Part shown: positions 24,905-38,200 of the stretch, piece by piece | How positions within the stretch are numbered: the first letter of the stretch is position 1 | Layout: each line of letters begins with the position of its first letter | NCBI RefSeq assembly: GCF_006345805.1 | Contig: NC_043011.1 | Span: 14,086,464-14,150,463 of the forward strand | Length of the DNA: 64,000 nucleotides | Reading direction: 5' to 3' | Origin: Octopus sinensis | Taxonomy: Eukaryota | Notes under the pieces: generated by a model | What the model was told of the DNA's origin: nothing | The model's database searches: none | The model's input: only the letters and a program-made list of their open reading frames with translations | Made by a program: the position numbers and the translations under genes

Positions 24905-26990
24905 TCATCATCATCGATTAATGTCCGTTTTCCATGATGGCATGGGTTGGACAGTTTGACTGAAATCTTGGAGAGCCAGCTGCTGCAACAGGCTCCAATC
25001 TAGTCTAGCTTAATTTCTACATCTAAATGTCCTTCCTAACGCCAACTATTTTGAGAGTGTAGTGGTTGTTCTTTATGTCCCATCGGCACAGGTGCCAGCT
25101 AGCGGGTCACCAGCCCCCAGCTACGGTATTGGTTTTACTTGACACAAGCATACTGCAAGCTTACGCATGTCCTCGGCATTCATGGCCCATGTTTCACTAC
25201 CGTATAGCATGGCAGTTCACACACATGCATCATACAGTCCATCTTTCCCCTGAGTGAGGGGCCATTAGCTGCCAGCAGAGGTAGGAGCTCCCTGAATTTG
25301 CCCAGGCTATTATTACTCTAGTTGCTACACTCACAGAGCAATCACTCCCACTACATACTTGGTCGCCTAGGTAGTAGAAAGTGTTTACTACTTCTAGTTT
25401 CTTCCCCAGGCATGTAATGGAAGCTGTTTTCTGAACACCTTCAGTGTTTATTGCCCCACTGCATCTGCCACACACAAGAAATAATTTTCCCGTTAACCTT
25501 CCTTTGATATTGCTGCACCTTTTATGTGTCCATAGCTTACACCGGGTGCATCGTATGGAGTTTCTACCAATGCCTTTTCTACAGAGGAGTTTGTGATTTG
25601 ACAGCCTGCACACTAACTAAAATTTTGGTTTTGGCTAGGTTAACCCTAAGGGCATTCAATTCTAGACTTTGCTTCCACACTCTAACCTTTGGCTCCAGTT
25701 CCGGCAGTGACTCTGCTATTAGTGCAAGGTCATCAGCATAGAGGAGCAGCCTGTCTTGAATTCCTCTGTTATTGCCTGGAGGACTATAATGAATAAGAGG
25801 GGGCTGAGGACTGATCTTAGGTTGACCCTTACCCCTACCTGATATTCTTCACTGTACTCGTTGCCAACCGTCACCTTACTGTACACGGCTTGTACAGCTC
25901 TCAATAAACATTCATCCATGCCTAGTCTCCTCATTGACCACCAGATAGGGGATCGGGGGACCCTGTCAATGAAAGCCAGGTACAGAGTTTTATCTTGGAC
26001 TAGCTATTTCTCCTGCATCTGTCTTATCAGAAATATAGCATCAGTGGTGCTTTCCCCTGGCACGAACCGAAACTGCATCTCATCTAGACTGCCTCTCTCC
26101 CTAATTACTTGGGCTATGACCCTCTCCGTGACCTTCATTACCTGATCCAACAACTTGATACCTCTGTAATTATTTGAATCTAATGTGTCACCTTTACCTT
26201 TGTTAACAGTTGACTATGGTGCTGCTACACCAGTCATTGGGTATGACTCCTTCATGTATCACCTGGTTGACTAGGCTATAGCCGACACTGCCAGATATTT
26301 TGAGCATCTCTGTGGTGATTCCTGATTGTCCGGGGGCTTTCCCTGTCTTCATACCCTTAATTGCTTTACCTACCAAGGCACTGTCAATTTAGATAGATAG
26401 CTGGTCCCTCTGTTGGGCCGGCATTTGGCAGACTCTCTTTCACACATTCATTCACTTTATTTAGCAAACTTTCATAATGGCGTCTCCAAACCTGTCTCTT
26501 TGCAGCTTCGTTTAAAGCAAGTGAACCATCACCCATGAGGACACATTTCTCTCCTAGGACATCTCGATTCTCTCTCACACACTGTCTGGCAACAGGAAAA
26601 TACTTCAAGTCTTTGGTCATCACGGCGCAGAACATTGGCAAATTTTTCCTTATCTGCTTCCCCTCTGGCCAAATAAACCTATCTCCTAGCTTCCCTTTTG
26701 GCAGTCTGATACAATTCCCTGCTATCACCGGTCTTCCAGTCCTTCAAAGCCTGTTTCTTTTCCTTACTAGCCCTGTCAACAACATTGTTCCACCACCATG
26801 ATACCTAGGGTTGAGAGGAGACTTTGCACCATCCACAGATCTGGTCACTAGCCCTCAAAAGGTTGTCCTGTAGAAACCTCCAGTTGTCTTCCACAGCTTT
26901 GAGTAATATGTCTCTCAATCTCTTTTTGCAGGATCCTTAAGCTTCCAAACCCTTCTCCTCCATTCTGGTTGTCTTCTGGGCATCCATTTA
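24905..26990 (-). mobile_element. Degenerate RTE-clade LINE (RT region and 3' tail)
   Basis: Broken ORFs include SVLSPLLFIIVL, an LLYADD-like motif near 25740 and Cys-rich RCTRCKLWTHKRC. The same RTE tail (catcatcatc...ttccatgatggcatgggttgg) is at about 24905. Confidence 0.8.
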
Positions 26991-27585
26991 GCCCTGATCC
27001 TGAAGTCGCTAACTACTAATCTATGTTGTGGGGTACATTCTTCACCTGGGAAGGTTTGGGCATTTACAAGTAGTCGTCTTTCCTGTTTCCTAGTGAGGTT
27101 GTAGTCATTTTGACTAGTGTGTCTACCAGATTGGTAGGTGACTAAATGGCCCTGAATATGCTAATCGATTACCATTTAGTAATTATGATACTTCTACAAT
27201 TGAAGATAATTTTAATAAATAATGAATTTATGTATTGTGGCATTTGATTCTTGTCAATTGTCTACATTGTTCACATAAATGCCAGTACCAGGCAGAGGTG
27301 GTTTCCAGCAGTAAGAGAAGCTTAAGAATAAATAAATGGAAATTTGTCGGCAGAACAAAGTTAGCAACCTCTTACACTCTCAGTGTTGTGATGAGAGCCA
27401 AGGTACCCTCTTGTGAGGAATGGATTGAACCGAGAGAGTGTATATAGTTTGTGTTATTTCATAGTGAAGTTCGAGAGTGTGGGTTGGTTTGTTCATTTGG
27501 AATATTTATTGGTTCCTGAGAGATAGTTATGTTGTTATTGCTGCTGCATTATCTTATTTTATCACACTGGTACCACATATTTCAG

Positions 27586-27693
27586 GCCATTATCGCAATA
27601 GTGGTGGTACTACTATATGGATACAAACCATGTTACAGCATCTGGCGACAAAAGGCTCGAAGATCACGTAGCATGTATTCACCTGCAAACTAA
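27586..27693 (+). CDS. Candidate terminal coding exon of a membrane protein (AIIAIVVVLLYGYKPCYSIWRQKARRSRSMYSPAN*)
   Basis: Acceptor catatttcag, then a hydrophobic run followed by a basic cytoplasmic-type tail and a stop. Followed by about 800 bp of repeat-free sequence. Confidence 0.3.
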   Translation, partial: AIIAIVVVLLYGYKPCYSIWRQKARRSRSMYSPAN

Positions 27694-28530
27694 GCATTAA
27701 TTCTTTCTTACCAGATTGTCATCCTTCTGAAATTCCCTTGTCCATGTTATTTCCTCTGCAGCCATCCACACATTTTATTCAAGATCAACTGTCAATCTTA
27801 CCAGTTTTGAAGGCACAGCTCTTGTCTCAGAAGGAATGCAAAAGGCAAGGATACAACCCCCTTTATCCAGCCAAATTGTTCAAATAAAACATGGGAAAAA
27901 AAACCCTAACACCCACTACTATTCCTGTGAATTAGTAAGCTGTAAACCTATATCAAACTGAGCCCACATCATCATCTTTAACATTTCTCACAGCTAGAAC
28001 CCTTTTACTAAATATCTTATCCAATCATTTATCTCCAGAATGGCAGCTTCTACATGGAATCACCTTCTCAGCAGACATTAATTTACACAAGTTGAAAAAA
28101 GACATCATCTACATTCACATTAACAGTTTAGGAAAGCCTGCAGATGTTCTCTTGCTCGCACTTTATATTAATACAAATAAGAATTTCTAACAAAGGTACA
28201 TAGCCAAAAATTTTATTGGAGGAAATAATGTCAACTATATTGACCCATTCCTTATCTAGTGTTTTATTTCATTGCCCACAGAAACATAGAAATGTGAAGT
28301 CTGTTGACAATGCAAACTAACCCTTTCATGACTTAAATTCTGATAGGTAAACTGTTTCATTAAATCTCTAGTACCAGTTTAGCATATGGTAAACGTGGCC
28401 ATTTACAATTTAGTATGCTATCTGTTGCCAATTCTAGACCATAGCTCTAACCCTAACATAAACCATAACAAGGCATGCACGCAATGTAAACAAAAAGAGA
28501 ATCAAAACCAAATAAAGAGTAAATTTTAAT

Positions 28531-31198
28531 GCAGGATATTACAATTTGTGATGCAAATGCAAAGAATACAAGAAGAGTCAATGGAGGCACTGCAATTGTA
28601 CAACAGGTGTGTAATACATTTGGAACCAGGGTACATAAATGCATGCAGGATATTACAATTTGTGATGCAAATGCAAAGAATGCAAGAAGAGTCAATGGAG
28701 GCACTGCAATTGTAAAACAGGTGTGTAATACATTTGGAAGCAGGGTACATAAATGCATGCAGGATATTACAATTTGTGATGCAAATGCAAAGAATACAAG
28801 AAGAGTCAATGGAGGCACTGCAATTGTACAACAGGTGTGTAATACATTTGGAAGCAGGGTACATAGATGCAAGCAGAATATTACAATTTGAGATGCAAAT
28901 GCAAAGAATACAAGAAGAGTCAATGGAGGCACTGCAATTGTACAACAGGTGTGTAATACATTTGGAAGCAGGGTACATAAATGCAAGCAGGATATTACAA
29001 TTTGTGATGCAAATGCAAAGAATACAAGAAGAGTCAATGGAGGCACTGCAATTGTACAACAGGTGTGTAATACATTTGGAAGCAGGGTACATAGATGCAA
29101 GCAGGATATTACAATTTGTGATGCAAATGCAAAGAATACAAGAAGAGTCAATGGAGGCACTGCAATTGTACAACAGGTGTGTAATACATTTGGAAGCAGG
29201 GTACATAGATGCATGCAGGATATTACAATTTGTGATGCAAATGCAAAGAATACAAGAAGAGTCAATGGAGGCACTGCAATTGTACAACAGGTGTGTAATA
29301 CATTTGGAAGCAGGGTACATAGATGCAAGCAGGATATTACAATTTGTGATGCAAATGCAAAGAATACAAGAAGAGTCAATGGAGGCACTGCAATTGTACA
29401 ACAGGTGTGTAATACATTTGGAAGCAGGGTACATAGATGCAGCAGGATATTACAATTTGTGATGCAAATGCAAAGAATACAAGAAGAGTCAATGGAGGCA
29501 CTGCAATTGTACAACAGGTGTGTAATACATTTGGAAGCAGGGTACATAGATGCAAGCAGGATATTACAATTTGTGATGCAAATGCAAAGAATACAAGAAG
29601 AGTCAATGGAGGCACTGCAATTGTACAACAGGTGTGTAATACATTTGGAAGCAGGGTACATAGATGCAAGCAGGATATTACAATTTGTGATGCAAATGCA
29701 AAGAATACAAGAAGAGTCAATGGAGGCACTGCAATTGTACAACAGGTGTGTAATACATTTGGAAGCAGGGTACATAGATGCAAGCAGGATATTACAATTT
29801 GTGATGCAAATGCAAAGAATAAAAGAGTCAATGGAGGCACTGCAATTGTACCACAGGTGTGTAATACATTTGGAAGCAGGGTACATAGATGCAAGCAGGA
29901 TATTACAATTTGTGATGCAAATGCAAAGAATACAAGAAGAGTCAATGGAGGCACTGCAATTGTACCACAGGTGTGTAATACATTTGGAAGCAGGGTACAT
30001 AGATGCAAGCAGGATATTACAATTTGTGATGCAAATGCAAAGAATGCAAGAAGAGTCAATGGAGGCACTGCAATTGTACCACAGGTGTGTAATACATTTG
30101 GAACCAGGGTACATAGATGCAAGCAGGATATTACAATTTGTGATGCAAATGCAAAGAATGCAAGAAGAGTCAATGGAGGCACTGCAATTGTACCACAGGT
30201 GTGTAATACATTTGGAACAGGGTACATAGATGCAAGCAGGATATTACAATTTGTGATGCAAATGCAAAGAATACAAGAAGAGTCAATGGAGGCACTGCAA
30301 TTGTACCACAGGTGTGTAATACATTTGGAACCAGGGTACATAAATGCATGCAGGATATTACAATTTGTGATGCAAATGCAAAGAATGCAAGAAGAGTCAA
30401 TGGAGGCACTGCAATTGTACCACAGGTGTGTAATACATTTGGAAGCAGGGTACATAGATGCAAGCAGGATATTACAATTTGTGATGCAAATGCAAAGAAT
30501 GCAAGAAGAGTCAATGGAGGCACTGCAATTGTACAACAGGTGTGTAATACATTTGGAAGGGTACATAGATGCAAGCAGGATATTACAATTTGTGATGCAA
30601 ATGCAAAGAATACAAGAAGAGTCAATGGAGGCACTGCAATTGTACAACAGGTGTAATACATTTGGAAGCAGGGTACATAGATGCAAGCAGGATATTACAA
30701 TTTGTGATGCAAATGCAAAGAATACAAGAAGAGTCAATGGAGGCACTGCAATTGTACAACAGGTGTGTAATACATTTGGAACCAGGGTACATAGATGCAA
30801 GCAGGATATTACAATTTGTGATGCAAATGCAAAGAATACAAGAAGAGTCAATGGAGGCACTGCAATTGTACAACAGGTGTGTAATACATTTGGAAGCAGG
30901 TACATAGATGCAAGCAGGATATTACAATTTGTGATGCAAATGCAAAGAATACAAGAAGAGTCAATGGAGGCACTGCAATTGTACAACAGGTGTGTAATAC
31001 ATTTGGAAGCAGGGTACATAGATGCAAGCAGGATATTACAATTTGTGATGCAAATGCAAAGAATACAAGAAGAGTCAATGGAGGCACTGCAATTGTACAA
31101 CAGGTGTGTAATACATTTGGGACCAGAGTACATAGATGCAAGCAGGATATTACAATTTGTGATGCAAATGCAAAGAATACAAGAAGAGTCAATGGAGG
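28531..31198. repeat. 114-bp tandem array, at least 23 units, running into the assembly gap
   Basis: gcaggatatt occurs at 28531 and 28645 (period 114 = 38 codons). Units are nearly identical. Confidence 0.95.
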
Positions 31199-31298
31199 NN
31201 NNNNNNNNNNNNNNNNNNNNNNNNNNNNNNNNNNNNNNNNNNNNNNNNNNNNNNNNNNNNNNNNNNNNNNNNNNNNNNNNNNNNNNNNNNNNNNNNNN
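31199..31298. other. Assembly gap (100 N)
   Basis: N run. Confidence 0.99.
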
Positions 31299-31397
31299 CC
31301 GAGGCTATAGTAGAAGACGCTGGGACGGAACCAAGAACCATGTCGTTGGTAGCAAGCTACTTACCACACAGCCACGCCTTATTATATATATTATATA

Positions 31398-31437
<40 letters not shown>

Positions 31438-32088
31438 GGTGGCTGTGTAGTAAGCAGCTTGCTTCCAATCACATATATAAATATATATAATCTATATATA
31501 TTAATATATATATATATATATATATATTTTATATATATATATATATTGTGTGTGTATGTATATATGCATACATAAACACACCACACGTGCGCATAAACGC
31601 ATAAACACATAATACGTATCGGCTCCTTTCTTCTTCTTCGCTTTTGTCTTCTATCCTCTTCATGCCTTTTCATATTCTTTTCCACACCCCTCGCCATTTC
31701 CTACTCGCCATTTCATACCACTTTTTCTCTCCACCTCCTACTCCGCCTTCATTTCAAATCCAATCTTTTCCTATTATTTTTCTTCTGCCCCTATACTTTC
31801 TTCCCCTGACCTTTCTACTCTTCTCGTTCGCTTTCTGCCTTTTATCAACTAATTAATGAATAAAATCTTAAAATTTATCTTACCAACCTAGTTTTTTATA
31901 GTTTCCGCTACAACTTACTCCTCCTACAATAGTACTTAACACACCTTCCACTAAGAAGCCTTTAAAAGTAAATTATATGTTGTTTTCTGAAATAAATTTG
32001 ATTGAAAAAATATATATAATTTTTCAATAAAATCATTGAAACGTTCGAAATGAAGGACTCAAAATATCAATAATTTGTTCGCTATGAT

Positions 32089-32144
<56 letters not shown>

Positions 32145-32218
32145 TGTTTCTTTATTAGCACACAGGGCTGCACACAGATAGAACAATTACAAAGGTAGTA
32201 GAGCTTTTCTTTTGAAGG

Positions 32219-32253
<35 letters not shown>

Positions 32254-35161
32254 AAGGGGGAGGTTCGATCAAAAGGGATCGTAATAGGAGAGAAAGAGGA
32301 CAAAAATAAGGGGGGTTAAAAAAAAAAAAAAAAAAAGGGGGGGGGGAGAGGAAAAAAAATGATCAATAGGGATCGTTATCACAGAAATGTCAATATGAAG
32401 TGTAAAGGGGAGGACAGGTGAGGTTTACCCGTGGAAAGAAAAGCCTGCGGAAAAGACCACGGTAACCTCGGTCAATGAAGTCACATTTTATATTTCTTTT
32501 TTTTTTTTTTTTTTTTTTTTGCAAATAAGCAACTCTCTGTTTTCGATTTCTGGGTTCATAGGACTATGCTCAAGGTGGCTTCGTCATTCATACGTGCCAT
32601 TCTTGCTACATTCACCCATTTTTTTTAAAACATTCGCTAGACAAAACTTGCCTCTCTACTCTCACTTTCCTTTTCAAGTGGTACTTGAAGAAGTTGATGA
32701 GAGATTGACCAGAGAGGAAGGAAAGTGTTGTCTCCAATCCTTTCAGACGCGTCCACCAGATACATTCTTTCGCCATAGCCACAAGGATGATGAAAATAGC
32801 TCTTCCTTCCCGTTTGAAGGAAGGAGGCGTGACAATATTGACGATAGACTCAGCTGATAAACCGACTCGTCCCACACGTGACAGCAGTTGTTCGACATAA
32901 GCCCACAGGTCGGAAATTGTTGGACACTGAACGAGTGCGTGCAGAACGGTTTCGTCGCTCTGACCGCATCTCGGGCAGGTCAGCCCCGTGTTTCTCGAGC
33001 CGTGTCTGTAGAGCTTATCCCGAACGGGTAGCGCTTCTCGGTAGCACTGCCAGGCCAGGGATCTCTGGAAGTTGTCCATGGGCCCTGGCCCGAAAGTCGT
33101 CCCGAACAGGCGGGTCAGGTACTCCTCGTCGACGTCCAGGTTCGCCCCGAGCTCGTCGTCGTACCTCCCCTCCACTAAACCCCTATAGAATGCTTTGGTT
33201 GTGTTGAAGTCACTTAAGGTCGACCCAGGACGGCAGAGTTGCTTGAGAGCAACGCGACACTCGCGGTGCCATTCGCCCTTCCTCGGCCTCTTTTTGATCC
33301 ACGACTGCAGTTCGGTCATGGAGACGAGCTGCGGGAAAGCGTGCCTCACAAACGGCGACCACACCTGTTCACCGTCGTCTACATAGAGCCAGAGATGTCG
33401 CAGTCTCAGCGCGTGTCTGCGCATCATCAACCACGGCATGCCCAGCCCTCCTTTTAACGGGTGTTGACAGCAAATGGATCGCCTGACCATCGGGACGCAT
33501 CCTTTCCACAAGAAGCGAAAGAGGATGCGTTGTAGTTTGGTGATGGTAGGGTCGGGACAAGGTACGACGGTCAGGCGGTAGTAGATGACGGACGCGATGT
33601 ACGTGTTCGCCACCTCCGCTCGACCTTTTAGGGACAGTTTCCTCTCGGTCCATTGCCGGGCGAGAGTGACCACCCTACTCGTTATCTCGTTCCAGTTCTT
33701 CTCCCATGGAGGTCCGGACCGAACCAGACCCCGAGCAACTCAACCGGGCCGTCGGTCCAGCGTCCCACGAGGAGGCGCTGGTGGACGGCATGGGCTTGCT
33801 TCTCCAGGTGCCTAGTCGCAAGCCCACTGACTTTTCCCGGTTGATTTTCGCTCCTGTCACCGCTTCGTAGTTTTTCAGTGTCTCGCCGACCAGCTCGATG
33901 TGCTCGTGGCTAGACACTATGACGGTGACGTCGTCCGCGTATGCAGACACGCTCGTCCCGCATCCCAATTCTCGCGGGATGCCCCTTAGAGTCGCCAGCT
34001 TCCGCAAGTAGTGGCTCAAGAGTCAATACGTATAGAAGCGCCGAGAGGGGGCATCCCTGACGGACCGAACGTGCAATGTCGAAAGGTCTCGATAGATGTC
34101 CATTTACGCGAATTACCGAACGGATGCCTCTGTACAAGGCAGCTATCCAGCCGCGGAAGACGGGACCGAAACCAGCCGCTCTCAGGACTGCCTCCAAGTA
34201 TCGATGGTCTACCCTATCAAAGGCTTTTGATTGATCCAAGTTGATCAGGGCCCCACCCATGCCAGGTTCGTTAACTACCCTGTCTATGATGTAGCGCATC
34301 AGATGGAGGTTGTCATGGATGGTCCGGCCTGGCACGGCGCATGTTTGCGCCTTGTCGACCAGTTTCTCGATGACAGCGCCAACCTCTTGGCTAGCACCTT
34401 GGCCAAAATTTTCAAGTCTGCATTAAGCAGAGTGATGGGCCTAAAGTTATCTATTACATTTCCCTTGTTTAGATCTTTCTTCAGCAGTGTTACGGCTCCT
34501 CGGCTCACAAAACCAGGAATGCTCCCGTTTTGCTGCCAGTTGCAGTACACCGCCGCCAAGAGATCTCCAAACAAGTCTGGCATACAATTGTAAAGCTCGT
34601 AGGGTAGACCATCCAAACCCGGTGATTTGTCCCTCGAGCATTCTGCCATCGCTTCCCGCACTTCCGCCGCCGTGATGGCACCTTCGCAGCACCCTGCCTT
34701 TCTTGTCGAGAGTCGTGGTAGGCTATGTAGGTAGGCACTGAAGTCCACCCTACGTTCTTGCCCTCCACTCGTTCCGAACAGTCGGGCAAAATGCTGCTGA
34801 AAGGCCTCACACATTTTACTTGGCTCGAGCAATTCGCGCCCCTGTTCATCTACCAGTGACCGAATGGTGGCTTTGTTGCCCTGTTGCGCCTCTGCCACCC
34901 GGGCCTCTCTCGCGGCTCCAACACCTTCGTTCCTTAGAGCACGCATCCTAGCTCTGACAGCACATCCTTCGTGTTTGGCGTTGAAGTGTTGGTCGAGGGC
35001 CAACCTCGCCGCCAAAACGTCGGATGCGATGCCGCTTCTAATTGCCTCTTCTAGCTTCTTAACTAGCTCACCCTCTACTCTATTTCTATATATGGCTAGT
35101 GCTTTGCTGTACCTAATCGCTTCTGCTTTTACTGCTCTCTTGAGGGCAAACCACCATTTGT

Positions 35162-35162
<1 letters not shown>
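32145..35162 (-). mobile_element. 5'-truncated Tx1/L1-clade non-LTR retrotransposon (ORF2 RT, C-terminal zinc finger and 3'UTR), with a few frameshifts
   Basis: Overlapping minus-strand ORFs carry the RT motifs PGLDGLPYELY, NFRPITLLNADLKIL, LDQSKAFDRVDH, VRQGCPLS and AYADDV, and the zinc knuckle CPRCGQSDETVLHALVQC. The segment is GC-rich relative to its flanks and ends in AATAAAGAAACA followed by (TATC)n. Confidence 0.92.
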
Positions 35163-35228
<66 letters not shown>

Positions 35229-35252
35229 GTAGATAGAGAGATATATAGATAG

Positions 35253-35287
<35 letters not shown>

Positions 35288-35288
35288 T

Positions 35289-35347
<59 letters not shown>

Positions 35348-35384
35348 GATAGATTGATAGATAGATAGATAGATTGATAGATAG

Positions 35385-35449
<65 letters not shown>

Positions 35450-35468
35450 GATAGATTGATTGATAGAT

Positions 35469-35558
<90 letters not shown>

Positions 35559-35620
35559 GATTGATTGATAGATAGATAGATAGATAGATTGATAGATACA
35601 TAGATAGACAGACAGATAGA
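35163..35620. repeat. Compound (GATA)n/(GA)n/(GACA)n microsatellite with higher-order blocks. A (GATA)n tract also lies at 32089-32144
   Basis: Direct reading. Confidence 0.95.
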
Positions 35621-35702
35621 TAACGAGCATGTGGTGGTGGTGGTGGTGGTGGTGGTGGCTGCGGCTGCGACGAATGGGGATAAAATGTGTTTTATTCTTG
35701 AA

Positions 35703-36400
35703 TACTTCCGTGGTTCAAGACCGGATTCGGATCTTTTCTATTTGGCTGCCCTTTTTCGTAATTTTAAAATTAAGTGAAAATTTTCAAATCTGGTGTATTA
35801 ATGTAATTTTTCACGCTGAATCTCAGGGTCTACTACACTTGTTCCGGAAGAATTTTTTTTTTTTTTTCAAGTTACAGAAGTTTAAAGTTTGATCATTTTT
35901 ACCCTTTCAGAAAACAGGCTTTGGAAGCTGTCATTTTGTGCGTAATTGCAATCATAAGATGACAAAACAATAATGTCAATATTCCGATAGTAGCATGTGT
36001 TTTAAGCATTTAATAAGTGAAAATGACCAAAAAACTAGTAAATAACACATGTTTATTTAAGCATTCAAGAGATAGGTATCGAAAATGCAACATAAAATAT
36101 CCAAAAATAGCAATCAGGAAAACACAGCGTAAAGTATCAGTTTGTAAACAAACGGGATTTTTCACATACAAGTGTTCCAACGTTTGGTTTGTTACTATAT
36201 GTCTGTGACTTTCGATTGGCTAAAATTACCCAAAATTTGCAAATGGCGAAAGTGAATTCCTGTCAATAATTAGCATACATAACTACTTCAATACACCACA
36301 TCTGAAATTCCAATTGATTTCTTCAACAAAATTGAAGAAATTGAAAAAGTGTCAGCCAAACAGAAAAGACCCCCTGGATTCGAACTATAAACTATGAGTA
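35703..36400. mobile_element. Probable MITE with long degenerate terminal inverted repeats
   Basis: Left arm tcttttctatttggctgccc...ctggtgtatt and right arm aatacaccac...cagccaaacagaaaaga are reverse-complementary. Confidence 0.45.
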
Positions 36401-37214
36401 AGAACACTGAATATTTTACATTATTTTTTAAACTTATTCTTCAGCAAAGTCAGCCATATTAAACTGGTAACTGCAAATGAGTTCCCTCATTCGGTTAACG
36501 GCCAGTGATCGTGTATTGCTTCTTTCATTTCTTTTTTCTAAGTTTCTGAAGTAATTACCTATCAGTTATGGTAATTATATTCCGTAGCATAGAAGGCCTT
36601 TGAAGTATTCACCCTGAGTCAATACAGAAGATTGTACGATTTCGTTGCATTCTAAAAATAAAGTTTAATCTACATCTTCCAATCCCTGTATCATTAGTTT
36701 TCCTTTCGAGTAAGAACACATAAGATGAGAACAGATATGTTTGACATTGAAACTGATGGCAATCTATACATCCAACTTAATGTGTTTGTATTGTTATAGC
36801 AACGAATGCTGCATTATTTACTTTGAGAGTACCTGTCATGAGGTAAACAACGCAATTTTCGGTGCTCTAATAATACATCCACGTTACGTTGGATACGTAG
36901 ATTGCCTTTTGGTATTAATACTGCGTCTGTTGTTAATAATTATTGCAACAGATGTTCGTTAGGGTTCGTATTCGTCCCCCGTTTTACTTCTAATTTATGT
37001 TAGCTTCATCACGGAAAAAAACTTATCAATCCCGTGTACTAAATATATATTTCTTTATTGCCCACAAGGGGCTAAACATAGAGGGGACAAAAAAAGACAG
37101 ACAAAGGGATTAAGTCGATTACATCGACCCCAGTGCGTAACTAGTAGTTTATTTATCGACCCCGAAAGGATGAAAGGCAAAGTCGACCTCGGCGGAATTT
37201 GAACTCGTGTACTG

Positions 37215-38200
37215 AATATAATGAAGAAAGCTGGGCGACGTAGATTTTGTCGATGGCATTACGCTTCTATGCCATGAAGTAGAGTATGTACAGAAATTAT
37301 CGTCTACTTTAAGTACAGATGAAGAATAAGTTAGACTGGTACCAGTAGGGAGAAAACTAAAGTTATTTCCATTAATTATCACCATACCTATTGACAAATT
37401 TCCATAACTTGGAAGCAGTATTTCTGGTTGCGGTAAAGCGATGAGCTGGAAGAATCGTTAGCACACCGGGTAAAATACTCAGTGGCATTTCGTCCATCCT
37501 TACATTTTGAATTCAAATCCCGCCATGATCAACTTTGCCTTTAATCCTTTCGGGACCGATAAAATAAGTACCAGTTGAACATTGGTGTCGATGTAATCGA
37601 CTTAACCTCTCCCTTGGACTTGCTGGCCTTGTACCTTGTACCATAATTTGAAATCAATATTTCTAGTCATGTGGATTCACAAGTCATTCAGAGGAGGCTT
37701 GGTGGAGGCTGCTTTGGTTTCCCAGTGGTTGTGCATTGTATAGTCCAAAGTCTGTATTTACATGGAGGAGAAATTACGCCTCTACATGTGCACAGTGGTA
37801 GCAACAGCTATCTATGCTAGTAAAACATGGAAAAGTACAGCAAGCATTCGCACCAAACTTGCTGTCTTTCAAAGGCTTTGTATGCTGTCGATAATGAACG
37901 ATCAATGTGTAACAGGGGCCTTTGAAGAGATTATATTACAAATTAAAAAGTTATGGGAGAAGCTGGGTTGGGAATTTGACGAGATACTGTGAAAAGAAGG
38001 GGAAAACGATTTATTAAATTTTGTGCTTTTAATAAAGGGAAGGATATTCCACACAGCAATGACGTGTATACCAGAGGTTGCCACAACAGGAAAAATGGGA
38101 GACCCACGTCATGTCTGGAGAACTTTATGGGGGATCTGCAGCACATGAAAGTAGATGGGGAACAAGCGATAAAGGACAGCCATCGCTCAATATAAGCGAA
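37215..38200 (+). mobile_element. Old RTE-like LINE fragment interrupted by a SINE
   Basis: Degenerate LGDVDFVDGITLL (DLDFADDIALL-like), KLRLYMCTVVATAIYASKTW and KNGRPTS...DLQHM motifs in collinear order. Confidence 0.6.

Noticed and set aside
28531-31198. CRISPR-like array
   Set aside because: Units are fully repeated with no unique spacers, no cas genes are present, and the context is eukaryotic.
28453-31575. ORFs of up to 712 aa in the 114-bp array treated as a protein gene
   Set aside because: Length arises from a stop-free unit that is a multiple of 3. Frames switch at indels, both strands are open and there is no recognisable domain. Kept only as a hypothesis.
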